Below, in pieces: positions 9,545 to 21,071 of a stretch of 64,000 nucleotides of DNA (its first letter is position 1; the number at the start of each line of letters is the position of its first letter). The position numbers and the translations under genes are program-made. Source of the DNA: Acidobacteriota bacterium (lineage in GTDB: Bacteria > Acidobacteriota > Vicinamibacteria > Vicinamibacterales > 2-12-FULL-66-21); assembly GCA_046734955.1 (NCBI GenBank), contig JBKPSH010000074.1, positions 8,698-72,697 on the forward strand, written 5' to 3'. Below the pieces are notes generated by a model. That model was not told the origin of the DNA and searched no databases. It was given only the letters and a program-made list of their open reading frames with translations.

Positions 9545-9737
9545 TCACTGATCACTGATCGTGAATCCCTTATCCTCGAATCGTCGAATCCCTAATCCTG
9601 GAATCGGCGAATCGCGCCATCGACATTCGATTCAGCGATTCGAGGATTCAAGGATTCATGGATCCACGGATTAGCGATTCGCGATCAGTGATTCAACGAT
9701 GAGCGATTCGCGATCAGTGACTAGTGATAAGGGATTA
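9541..9737. repeat. About 195-bp imperfect palindromic tract of short GATCAST / GAATCS units between convergent genes
   Basis: ctgatcactgatcactgatcg...gaatcccttatcctcgaatcg on the left. Right half carries the complements cgattcgaggattcaaggattca ... cgatcagtgactagtgataagggatt. Fills the whole gap between stops 9544 (+) and 9735 (-). Confidence 0.75.
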
Positions 9738-10433
9738 AGCATCGAGCGCTGAGATCAGGCGACGCGCAAAGTCCGGCCCGAGCCCCTGCTCCTCGTGTTT
9801 GAAGTAGACAAAGACATCCGACAGCCCGAGGGTGCGGATCGTCTGCGCCCATCGGTCGATGTCGGATTGTTGATAGCCCTCGTCGCGGAGGCGGAAGTAA
9901 CCGTAGTCGGCGGTCATCTCGACTGGTGTGTGCAGTTTCTCGCTATCGGCAACACACAACGCGACATTGCGTCGACGCAGCGTGTCGAACGTCTCGGCGT
10001 CGAACCACGATGCGTGACGGAACTCGACTGCCGCGCGCGTCCCTGCTGGAAGTAAATCGACGAACTCGCCGAGCACACGGGCGTCCTTCTTGAACGTCGG
10101 TGGCAGCTGAAAAAGGAGCGTGGCGAGTTTTGGCCCAAGCGTTCGCGCGGTTCGGCAAAAGGTCTGAAGCAAGTCTTCACATCGCTGCAGCTTTGAATCG
10201 TGAGTGATTCGTCGCGGTGCTTTCAGCGTGAACGTGAAGTTGTCAGGTGTCCCGGCAGCCCAGCCGGCGAGCAGTTTCTCGGTGGGAATGCGATAGAAGG
10301 TGTAGTTGATTTCGACCGTCGGAAACCGTTCGGCGTAATACGCGAGCATTTTATTGGTGCTGAGCTTCTCAGGATAAAAAGTGCCGCGCCACTCTGGATA
10401 GTTGTAGCCGGAAGTGCCGATGCGGATGGTCAT
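9735..10433 (-). CDS. DUF72 family protein
   Basis: ORF track 9735..10442. ATG at 10433 gives MTIRIGTSGYNYPEWRGTFYP..., the typical DUF72 N-terminus, and FEFRHASW-like EFRHASWF further on. Confidence 0.85.
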   Translation of the reverse strand: MTIRIGTSGYNYPEWRGTFYPEKLSTNKMLAYYAERFPTVEINYTFYRIPTEKLLAGWAAGTPDNFTFTLKAPRRITHDSKLQRCEDLLQTFCRTARTLGPKLATLLFQLPPTFKKDARVLGEFVDLLPAGTRAAVEFRHASWFDAETFDTLRRRNVALCVADSEKLHTPVEMTADYGYFRLRDEGYQQSDIDRWAQTIRTLGLSDVFVYFKHEEQGLGPDFARRLISALDA

Positions 10434-10438
10434 AGGTG

Positions 10439-10476
10439 TCAATGTTCAATGTTCAATGTTCAATGTTCAGTGTTCG
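10439..10476. repeat. (CAATGTT)5 heptamer array, left inverted arm of four-helix-bundle cassette 1
   Basis: tcaatgttcaatgttcaatgttcaatgttcagtgttcgg. Lies between the DUF72 start and the stop of the four-helix-bundle gene, overlapping that stop at 10467-69. Confidence 0.85.
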
Positions 10477-10853
10477 GAATCCTGAGAGCCGCGGCCGGGA
10501 TTAGATTCGGCAGTCCTTATGATTCTCGTCAGAATTTTCAGGATTTGGTGGCACTCGTCAATAAGCGGTTCTGCCTGCGCTCTTATTGTCGGCTTGGCGA
10601 ACGCGATCAAGCGTAGCCAGTAGCGCGTCTCTGCCGACTCCTTCCGAGCGATGGCCCCCTTTCCAATGAAGTCACGTTTGGTCTGTCCGGCATCAGCTTC
10701 TTCGAGGTTTGCGCCGATTGACGTGCCTGCATCCAGCAATTGTGAGCCGAGTCGTCGGATGACGTAGTCTGATTGAGCCAAGAGCCGGCAAAAATCGATG
10801 ATTTTGCAAGCGAACGTAAATGTGCGTGGTTGAATGTCGTGCGGTCGGGACAT
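10467..10853 (-). CDS. Four-helix-bundle protein (23S rRNA intervening-sequence protein / Avd-like family)
   Basis: ORF track 10467..10973. ATG at 10853 gives a 128-aa protein. Family signature FTFACKIIDFCRLL...LGSQLLDAGTSIGANLEEA...RKESAETRYWLRLI. Confidence 0.85.
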   Translation of the reverse strand: MSRPHDIQPRTFTFACKIIDFCRLLAQSDYVIRRLGSQLLDAGTSIGANLEEADAGQTKRDFIGKGAIARKESAETRYWLRLIAFAKPTIRAQAEPLIDECHQILKILTRIIRTAESNPGRGSQDSEH

Positions 10854-11001
10854 GGCGAGCCGGACTGCACGGCATGTTCCGTTACCGCCGCTCAGGATTC
10901 TCGGCGGAGCCGAAGGACCTCGTGGCGATGAACAGATTGCCGCTCCGAACCATTGCAGAATCCGCGCTGTCAATCACGCAGTTGGTACGCTGCTTCTGCT
11001 C

Positions 11002-11110
11002 CATTGAACATTGAGCATTGAACATTGAACATTGAGCATTGAACATTGAGCATTGAACATTGAGCATTGAACATTGAACATTGAGCATTGAACATTGAAC
11101 ATTGAGCATT
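11002..11110. repeat. (CATTGAR)~15 heptamer array, right inverted arm of cassette 1
   Basis: 109 bp of cattgaa/cattgag units, the reverse complement of the CAATGTT array at 10439-10476. Generates the spurious MFNVQCS ORFs. Confidence 0.9.
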
Positions 11111-11244
11111 TGTGGGACTGCTCCGCCCATTTACGAACAGTGTGATGGGAGGCAATTCGGACGGTTGATCCCATATAACTTACATAAATTCAACAACTTA
11201 CACCTCGGTCCCTGCCGTGGCAAACCCTTGGCTATCACTCCGAT

Positions 11245-13674
11245 ATGCTCCACGACCTTCGGCATGCTGTCCGTGGACTTCTCAAGGCTCCCGGGTTCGC
11301 TGCGGTATCGATTCTCACGCTGGCGGTCGGGATCGGTGCAAACACGGCGGTGCTCAGCCTCGCCCGCGCTGTCTTCTTAACTCCTCTACCCTTCAAGGAT
11401 CCGGACAGGCTGGTCGCGATTGCTGAGCGGCGTCCGAGCAGCCGAACGAGCAACATCTCCATTTCCGGACATGAGTTCGCCGCGTGGAGAGAACAAAATC
11501 GGGTGTTCGAGGAGATCGCTCTCTACCACCCCACGGGGCTCAACCTCACAGGAGTCGGAGAACCACGAGCCGTCCAAGTGATCGAAGCGTCGGTCAATTA
11601 TTTGCCGATGCTTGGTTTATCGCCCGCGCTCGGACGCTGGTTCGATGACGGCGAGAACCGGGTTGCGATCGTGAGCGATCCGTTATGGCGGCAGCGTTTC
11701 GCTGGCGATCCGGCGGCCATCGGGCGGACGGTCACGTTAAACGATCAGTCCTACACAGTCGTCGGCGTCATGCCTCCCTTACCCCGGTCGTTGACGCCCG
11801 ATCTGGTCCTGCCGCTCGACATCCCTGAGCAGATACGCGCGGTCGGGCGGCACAATCTCAGCGCGTTCGCGCGCCTGCGTCAGGACGTGTCGCTCGAGGC
11901 CGCGCAGCGCGATCTCAGCGCGATTGCCGATCGTCTTGCCGCCGAGAGGCCGCGCGATAACACCGGTCACGGAGTCGCGGTGACGCCGCTGAGAGAAGAA
12001 ATGGTTGGCGAGTTCCGGCGCGCGTCGTGGCTCATGGTTGCAGCGGTGGGTTTCGTGCTGTTGATCGGTTGCGCGAACGTGGCGAACCTGCTTCTCGCGC
12101 GAGGCGCCAACCGTCAGCGCGAGATCGCGATCCGCACCGCGCTCGGCGCAGGCCGTGCGCGAATCGTGCGGCAACTGCTGGTCGAGTCTCTTGTCCTCGC
12201 CGTGCTGAGCGGCGCGGCAGGACTGCTGATGTCGGCGTGGATTATCGATCTGACGCCGACTCTGTCCGCCGTAAACATTCCGCTGCTCGAAACGACGAGT
12301 CTTGGATGGGCGGGTCTTGCGCTCGCCTCGGCTATCTCATTAATGACCGGACTCGCCGCCGGCATGGTGCCTGCCCTGCGTTCGTCGCTGGTCCGCCCTG
12401 GCTGGCTGCGCGAGAGTCATCAAGTCTCGGACGACCGAAGTGGACGAATGATGCGCAATGCGCTGGTCGCGGCGGAAGTAGGACTGACGCTCGTTCTGCT
12501 TGTCGGTGCCGGCCTGATGGTCACGAGCTTTGCCCGGCTCGTCGAAGTTGATCCTGGTTTTCGAACCCGTGACGTGCTGGTCGTCCCAGTTGATCTGCCC
12601 GCTTCCCGCTATGCCGAGGCGTATCAGCGTCGCGGTTTCTTCGATCGTGTCATCGGCAGCATTGAAGGAATTCCTGGAGTGCAGGCAGCCGGTGCAGTGT
12701 CGCACTTGCCGCTCGGCGGCGCCGACAACTGGATGCCCTTTCGAATGCTGGGCAAGCCGGACCCCGGACCTGGTCAGGAACCCTACGCGCCATTTCGTGT
12801 CGCAACGCCTCATTACTTTTCGGCGCTCGGCATTCCGCTTCGCCGCGGACGGTTGTTCAATGACGGCGACGCCCGCCAGTCGGTGCCGCTCATCCGATGG
12901 TTTCCGCAACAGCCGTATCCACCCGGATACGACAAGCCTCAAGCCACGCCTGTAGCTATCGTGAGTGAAAGCGCCGCGAAACAGTTCTGGCCCGGGAGCG
13001 ATCCGATTGGCCAGCGTATTCGTGTGATGCTCAGTCCCGACGTCACGATCGTCGGCGTCGCCGGCGACGTGCACCACAATGGTCTCGATCTTCCCAGCTA
13101 CCCTCACATCTATCTACCTCATAACCAGGAGCCGTGGGGTTCTGTGTCGCTCGTTGTTCGCACGGCGGTCACTCCCAGCGAACTCGCACCGGCGGTGCGT
13201 GAGCGCATACGCGCCGCGGATCCCGAATTGCCAATCTCGGTCCGAACAATGACGGATGTGATGTCCACATCGGTTGGCCGACCACGCCTCTACGCTGCAA
13301 TGACCGCGGTTTTCGGATCAGTGGCGCTTCTGCTCGCGCTGGTTGGAATCTTTGGCGTGGTGAGTTACGTCGCGACGCAACGCACGCGAGAGATCGGTGT
13401 GCGCATGGCACTCGGCGCTCAACGGCGCGAAATTCTCATGCTCGTCGTCGGTCAGGAGATGCGCCCGATTGCGGTGGGGATCGGTCTTGGCGTCCTGACC
13501 GCGGTCGCCATCACTCGTTTCATGGCGAAGCTGCTCTTTCAGGTCACGCCGCTCGATCCACTCACCTTCGCTGTCGTGACGACGTTGCTCGGTGTGGTGG
13601 CGCTGGTCGCCTGCTGGATCCCGGCGCGACGTGCGACTCACGTCGATCCGCTAACCTCGCTTCGCGCTGAATGA
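11245..13674 (+). CDS. ADOP family permease (MacB-like, duplicated FtsX domains), paralog 1
   Basis: 809 aa. N-terminus MLHDLRHAVRGLLKAPGFAAVSILTLAVGIGANTAV. Two FtsX-type 4-TM halves separated by large periplasmic domains. C-terminus DPLTSLRAE. Confidence 0.85.
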   Translation: MLHDLRHAVRGLLKAPGFAAVSILTLAVGIGANTAVLSLARAVFLTPLPFKDPDRLVAIAERRPSSRTSNISISGHEFAAWREQNRVFEEIALYHPTGLNLTGVGEPRAVQVIEASVNYLPMLGLSPALGRWFDDGENRVAIVSDPLWRQRFAGDPAAIGRTVTLNDQSYTVVGVMPPLPRSLTPDLVLPLDIPEQIRAVGRHNLSAFARLRQDVSLEAAQRDLSAIADRLAAERPRDNTGHGVAVTPLREEMVGEFRRASWLMVAAVGFVLLIGCANVANLLLARGANRQREIAIRTALGAGRARIVRQLLVESLVLAVLSGAAGLLMSAWIIDLTPTLSAVNIPLLETTSLGWAGLALASAISLMTGLAAGMVPALRSSLVRPGWLRESHQVSDDRSGRMMRNALVAAEVGLTLVLLVGAGLMVTSFARLVEVDPGFRTRDVLVVPVDLPASRYAEAYQRRGFFDRVIGSIEGIPGVQAAGAVSHLPLGGADNWMPFRMLGKPDPGPGQEPYAPFRVATPHYFSALGIPLRRGRLFNDGDARQSVPLIRWFPQQPYPPGYDKPQATPVAIVSESAAKQFWPGSDPIGQRIRVMLSPDVTIVGVAGDVHHNGLDLPSYPHIYLPHNQEPWGSVSLVVRTAVTPSELAPAVRERIRAADPELPISVRTMTDVMSTSVGRPRLYAAMTAVFGSVALLLALVGIFGVVSYVATQRTREIGVRMALGAQRREILMLVVGQEMRPIAVGIGLGVLTAVAITRFMAKLLFQVTPLDPLTFAVVTTLLGVVALVACWIPARRATHVDPLTSLRAE

Positions 13675-13759
13675 CTGCCTGCTTGCTAGAAAGGGCTGCC
13701 GCGAATGACGACGCGAGCGAGCGCAGCGAAGCGAGCCAGGCGAGCCTCTCGGAGTGGTA

Positions 13760-16174
13760 ATGACGGCAGATTTTAAGTACGCGATTCGATCGCTCTCGCG
13801 AAGCCCAATATTCGCGCTTGGCGCGATCGCAACGCTCGCCCTCGGCATCGGCGTGAACAGTACGATCTTCACGCTGGCGGACAACGCGCTCTTCAGGCCG
13901 ATGGCGGCGGTCGGTACACCGTCCGAGCTGGTCTGGGTGTCTGGCTTGTCGCGGACGACCGGCCGCACGGGCGGCGTGTCGTATCCCGAATACGTAGACT
14001 TTCAGAATCGCACGACCGATGTCTTCTCAGGGCTGATGGCATTCGCGCCGTCGTCGTTCAGCCTTGGCAGTGGCGGAGAGCCGCAGCGGATACGGGGGCA
14101 CCTCGTCAGCGACTCGTACTTCTCGACGCTCGCGGTCAACGTCAGCGACGGCCGAACCCTGCAGCGATCCGACCATGAACCCGGTGCACTCCTTGTCGCC
14201 GTAATCAGCCATCGTCTTTCGAAGCAGCGATTCGGGGGGAAGATTCCAGACCGACCAATTCTCGTGAACGGCCGCGACGTCACTGTCGTCGGCATTGCGC
14301 CAATCGGGTTCGTTGGCCCGGAGTTCGGTCAATCGGCGGACATCTGGGTACCGATTTCCGCGTTGCCGCTGATCAATGCAACACAGGCGGCGTGGGTGAA
14401 CCAGCGCGACACGCTTTGGCTGCGCGTCATTGCAAGACGGCGAGTTGACGTTTCTCTTCAGCAGGCGCAAGCGGTCGTCACAAGCGTTGCCGCGGCGCTC
14501 GACGCGGAGCATCCGACCATACACAAGAATCGCGGAGCGGTTGTCTCGAGTGCATCGTCCGGAGTGCGCCCCTCAGAGCGCGGGGAACTGCTGCCAATCG
14601 CCGCGCTGCTCTTAATCGTGACCGGACTCGTGCTCCTGATCGCCTGCGCCAATGTCTCGAACCTGCTGCTCGCGCGCGGCGCGGCGCGCTCAACTGAGAT
14701 CAGCATCCGGGCCGCCGTCGGCGCGTCACGCTGGAGAATCGTTCGTCAGCTACTGATCGAGAGTCTCGTGCTTGCCTCGGCCGGCGCCCTTGGTGGCCTG
14801 CTGCTCTCGTTCTGGGCCGCCGATCTTTTGCTCGCTCACCTGCCAGAAGTGGACTTCGGCGGCCTCGACGCGAGCGTCGATGCGCGCGTGCTGGTGTTCA
14901 CGTCGGTGCTCGCCGCGATGAGCGCGTGCATCTTCGGACTGACGCCGGCGCTCAATGTCACACGCGGCTCGCTGTTGCCGCGACTTCGTCAAACGGTCGG
15001 TGCTGGCGGCCGCTCACGCACGCAGGGATTCTTCGTCGTGATGCAGTTATCGCTGTCGCTGGTGTTGCTGCTTGGCGCAGGCCTGAGTCTCCGCGCGCTT
15101 CAAAAGACAGCCGCGATTGAGCTCGGGTTCAACGCTGACGGTTTGCTGACCGCGTCGTACGATCTCACGCTTCAGAACTACCCCCGCCAGCGGCGTGAAA
15201 TCTTTCGCCGCGATCTGGCCGCTCGGATGCAGTCGCTTCCTGGCGTCGGGTCAGTCGCTATTGCGGATCGGCCGCCGCTTAGCGGGACGATGGTAAGCGC
15301 GATGGTGACGGCAACCGATAGCGACGGCCGTAAGTTCGAATCGCGTGCCTACATGAGCAGCATTGGATCCGATTACTTCAAAACGATGGGGATTCCCTTG
15401 CTTCGCGGTCGCGGCGTCGCCGAAACCGATCGGCCCGGCTCTCCTGACGTGGCAATCGTCAACGAAACCCTTGCCCACAGGCTGTGGCCTGATCTCGATC
15501 CACTCGGACGAACGTTACAGGTCGACGACCAGCCTGTGCAGATTATTGGTGTCGCGCGAGATGCCAAATACGACGAAGCCACCGAAGATCCGCGACCGTT
15601 CCTCTATCTCGCACTGGACCAGCATTCCATGATCGATCGAGAAACTGTCATCGCACGGTCGTCCGGTGGGGCCATCCTCACCGGAGCCGCCGTTCGGGAT
15701 CAGATTCACGCGCTCGACCCGGCACTGCCGGTCTTCGACGTGAAATCGTTCGACGATGTGCTGCGGGATCGCGCGGACAAGCAGCGTGGGATCAGTACGC
15801 TGTTTGCGGCATTTGGGCTGCTGGCGCTCGCGCTTGCGTCTTTGGGACTGTACGGGGTGATGTCGTATGCCGTCACCCGTCGCACTCACGAGATTGGCGT
15901 GCGACTGGCGCTCGGGGCGACGCCTCGACAACTCATCAGCCTTATCGCGAAGGACGGCTTTCAGTTGACCGCCTTCGGAATCGCGATCGGAACCGTGCTC
16001 GCGTACCCGCTTGCACGTGCGCTCGGCGCACTGATTTTCGGAGTCCAGATCGCAGACCTCGCAACGTTTGGAGCAACGTGTGTCGTCCTGATCGCCGTGG
16101 CGATGACCGCGGCGCTTCTGCCGGCGGCCCGGGCAGCCCAGCTCGATCCGGTTGCGGCGCTGAGAACCGAGTGA
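13760..16174 (+). CDS. ADOP family permease, paralog 2
   Basis: ORF track 13754..16174. ATG 13760 follows ggag. MTADFKYAIRSLSRSPIFALGAIATLALGIGVNS...; C-terminus DPVAALRTE. Confidence 0.85.
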   Translation: MTADFKYAIRSLSRSPIFALGAIATLALGIGVNSTIFTLADNALFRPMAAVGTPSELVWVSGLSRTTGRTGGVSYPEYVDFQNRTTDVFSGLMAFAPSSFSLGSGGEPQRIRGHLVSDSYFSTLAVNVSDGRTLQRSDHEPGALLVAVISHRLSKQRFGGKIPDRPILVNGRDVTVVGIAPIGFVGPEFGQSADIWVPISALPLINATQAAWVNQRDTLWLRVIARRRVDVSLQQAQAVVTSVAAALDAEHPTIHKNRGAVVSSASSGVRPSERGELLPIAALLLIVTGLVLLIACANVSNLLLARGAARSTEISIRAAVGASRWRIVRQLLIESLVLASAGALGGLLLSFWAADLLLAHLPEVDFGGLDASVDARVLVFTSVLAAMSACIFGLTPALNVTRGSLLPRLRQTVGAGGRSRTQGFFVVMQLSLSLVLLLGAGLSLRALQKTAAIELGFNADGLLTASYDLTLQNYPRQRREIFRRDLAARMQSLPGVGSVAIADRPPLSGTMVSAMVTATDSDGRKFESRAYMSSIGSDYFKTMGIPLLRGRGVAETDRPGSPDVAIVNETLAHRLWPDLDPLGRTLQVDDQPVQIIGVARDAKYDEATEDPRPFLYLALDQHSMIDRETVIARSSGGAILTGAAVRDQIHALDPALPVFDVKSFDDVLRDRADKQRGISTLFAAFGLLALALASLGLYGVMSYAVTRRTHEIGVRLALGATPRQLISLIAKDGFQLTAFGIAIGTVLAYPLARALGALIFGVQIADLATFGATCVVLIAVAMTAALLPAARAAQLDPVAALRTE

Positions 16175-16178
16175 TCAG

Positions 16179-18575
16179 GTGCTGAACGACCTTCGCTACG
16201 CGTCGCGGATGCTCCTCAAGTCACGGGCGTTCGTGTTCGGCGCAGTGGCTGCGCTCACCATTGGAATCGGTGCAACCACCGCGATGTTCAGCGCGGTGAA
16301 CTCCGTGCTGCTTCGCCCACTGCCGTTCCCGGATGCGGACCGCCTGTATGTCGTCCGCGAAACCCGCGCCCAGGCCGGCTTTGAACGCACGGTCGTTGCC
16401 GATGGGGAATACCTGCGGTGGGGTCGCAACAATCCCCACTTTGAATATGCTGCCGTCGTCGAGGAACCGGGTCTCTCGATCAGGATTGGTGATACGCCGG
16501 AGCGAATGCCGGCATTACGAGTGCCCGCGGATTTCTTTCCGCTCTTCGGTGTCACTCCGGCGGGAGGCCGCGTCTTCACGCGCGAAGCCGAACAACCGGG
16601 GCAAGGCAACGTCATTCTGATTTCCTACAACCTGTGGCAGCGGAGACTCGGCGCATCAAGCGACGTCATTGGACGTCTGATCGCGGTCGAAGGGCGCCCC
16701 TTCACCCTGATCGGCATCCTTCCGAAGCGCTTCTCCTTTGGCGGACGCGTGGACGCGGTCGTCCCGATGACGCTCGGCCCCGCCGAGGCGGCGGAATTCT
16801 CGTCGCACTCCTTCGATATGTACGCGCGCCTCGCGCCGGGGGTCGATCCGGCGCAGGCCGCCGCCGATCTGACCCGGACGATTCTCGCCACTCAGGATGA
16901 TCCGCCGCATGCCACAGGCGCCGCGCTCGTGCCGCTCCAGGAAGAGGCCGTGGGCGACAGCCGAACGGCAATGCTCGTGCTGTTCGCCGCGGTGGGGTTC
17001 GTGCTGCTCATCGCGTGCGCCAACATTGCCAATCTCCTGCTCGCACGGGGTGCGTCGCGGCAGAAGGAAATCGCCGTCCGATTCGCCATCGGCGCAACTC
17101 GCGCGCGGGTTCTGCGGCAGCTCGTGACCGAAAGCCTCCTGCTTTCATCGGCAGGCGGTGTGCTCGGCCTCGTGCTGGCATCGTGGTTGACGGATCTGTT
17201 CGCACGCAGAGCCGAGGATTCTCTTCCGCGCGCCTTGGAGATTGGAATGGATGCGCGAGCGTTTGCCTTTGCGCTCGGCATCTCGGTCGTTTGCGGAGTG
17301 CTGTTCGGCGTAGCCCCAGCGTGGCAGGCATCAAGGGTCGACATCCATTCCACGCTCAAACAGGAAGCCCGCGGGGGAACCGTGGCAGGACGGAGGCGGG
17401 CGCTGTCGTTCTTCGCCACCGCCCAGATCGCACTCGCCCTCGTGCTGCTCGTGGGCGCGGGACTTCTTCTCGCAACGTTTAGGAACCTGCGCCACGTTGA
17501 TCCGGGATTCGAACCGGCACACGTGCTCACGGCAGCGGCGTACCTGCCTGATTGGAAGTACACGACAGCGGAACAGCAGCGGGCGTTCTTTCAACGCGTA
17601 ACATCAGATCTGGCAAATATTCCAGGCGTGACCGCGGCAGCGGCAGTGAACGTGCTCCCGCTCTCGGGCAACAACGCCTCGGGAGCAATCACGGTCGAAG
17701 GATTTCCGCCACCGCCACCGAATCAGCGTGAAAGTGCCGATCGGCGGATGATCACACCGGGCTATTTCTTGGCCATGGGGATTCGCCTCGTCGCCGGGCG
17801 CACTTTTACCGACCGTGACGACGAGCGATCGCCTGGCGTAGTCATCGTCAGCCGTTCGCTGGCGGAACACTACTGGCCCGGCGAGAATCCGATTGGCAAG
17901 CGCCTCAAGCTCGCGCGATATGCAGCGGCTGCGCCGTGGCTGACCATTGTCGGCGTCGCCGCAGACGTTCGGCACGGCACACTGGCAGCTGCCTCCAGGC
18001 AAGTCGTCTACTTCCCTCACGCACAGCGGCCAAGCGGTGGAATGGAGCTGCTCGTGCGCACCGCGGCTACTAATCTGAGCGTCGCGAGCGCGATTCGAGA
18101 GGCGATTCACCGGATGGATCCCGATCTCCCTGTCGATTCGATTGAGCCAATGACCGAGATCGTGCGCGCGTCGCTTTCCGATCGCGAGCTGGAATTCGCG
18201 ATCCTCGCGGCCTTTGCACTAATCGCAGTTGTCCTCGCCGCGACGGGGATTTATGGAGTCATGACCTACACCATCAGCCAACGGGCGCAGGAATTCGGCA
18301 TCCGCCTCGCCCTTGGCGCCTCACCAAAAAACATCGTCCAACTGGTGAGTGCCGAAGGACTGCGGCTGACAGGGGCGGGAACCTTTGTTGGGCTGGCTGG
18401 TGCCTGGGTCGGATCGCAGATGCTCGACGAGCTCTTGTTCGGGATCGATCCAAGCAATCCCGTCATCCTCGGGAGCGCTGCCGCGTTGCTCGCTTTCACG
18501 GCGCTTGCCGCGTGCATCATGCCGGGCTTACGTGCTATGCGCGTCGATCCACTCACGTTCGTTCGATCGCAATAA
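16179..18575 (+). CDS. ADOP family permease, paralog 3
   Basis: 798 aa. GTG start 4 nt after the previous stop. [34 protein letters not shown]...; C-terminus DPLTFVRSQ. Confidence 0.85.
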   Translation: MLNDLRYASRMLLKSRAFVFGAVAALTIGIGATTAMFSAVNSVLLRPLPFPDADRLYVVRETRAQAGFERTVVADGEYLRWGRNNPHFEYAAVVEEPGLSIRIGDTPERMPALRVPADFFPLFGVTPAGGRVFTREAEQPGQGNVILISYNLWQRRLGASSDVIGRLIAVEGRPFTLIGILPKRFSFGGRVDAVVPMTLGPAEAAEFSSHSFDMYARLAPGVDPAQAAADLTRTILATQDDPPHATGAALVPLQEEAVGDSRTAMLVLFAAVGFVLLIACANIANLLLARGASRQKEIAVRFAIGATRARVLRQLVTESLLLSSAGGVLGLVLASWLTDLFARRAEDSLPRALEIGMDARAFAFALGISVVCGVLFGVAPAWQASRVDIHSTLKQEARGGTVAGRRRALSFFATAQIALALVLLVGAGLLLATFRNLRHVDPGFEPAHVLTAAAYLPDWKYTTAEQQRAFFQRVTSDLANIPGVTAAAAVNVLPLSGNNASGAITVEGFPPPPPNQRESADRRMITPGYFLAMGIRLVAGRTFTDRDDERSPGVVIVSRSLAEHYWPGENPIGKRLKLARYAAAAPWLTIVGVAADVRHGTLAAASRQVVYFPHAQRPSGGMELLVRTAATNLSVASAIREAIHRMDPDLPVDSIEPMTEIVRASLSDRELEFAILAAFALIAVVLAATGIYGVMTYTISQRAQEFGIRLALGASPKNIVQLVSAEGLRLTGAGTFVGLAGAWVGSQMLDELLFGIDPSNPVILGSAAALLAFTALAACIMPGLRAMRVDPLTFVRSQ

Positions 18576-18594
18576 TCAGGTCAGCCGGTTCACC

Positions 18595-21018
<2,424 letters not shown>

Positions 21019-21024
21019 CCGGAA

Positions 21025-21066
21025 GGCAAAAGGGAAAAGGGAAAGGGAAAAGACAGGAACAGGAAC
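21025..21066. repeat. Purine-strand (GGSAAAA)n simple-sequence tract between ADOP paralogs 4 and 5
   Basis: ggcaaaagggaaaagggaaagggaaaagacaggaacaggaac occupies most of the 53-bp gap. Confidence 0.8.
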
Positions 21067-21071
21067 TTGAC

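Noticed and set aside
11002-11110. Possible CRISPR arrays (also 40229-40379 and 48712-48853)
   Set aside because: Repeat period is 7-17 bp with no unique spacers of 25-40 bp between units. No cas genes are present in the window.
10439-11110. True 23S rRNA intervening sequence
   Set aside because: No rRNA-like sequence flanks either cassette. Both sit between protein-coding genes. The resemblance is architectural only.
10882-11174. Three overlapping minus-strand ORFs (61-82 aa) with MFNVQCS-type peptide repeats
   Set aside because: They are simply the three reading frames of the (CATTGAR)n heptamer array. There is no RBS or non-repeat body, so they are treated as non-coding repeat.
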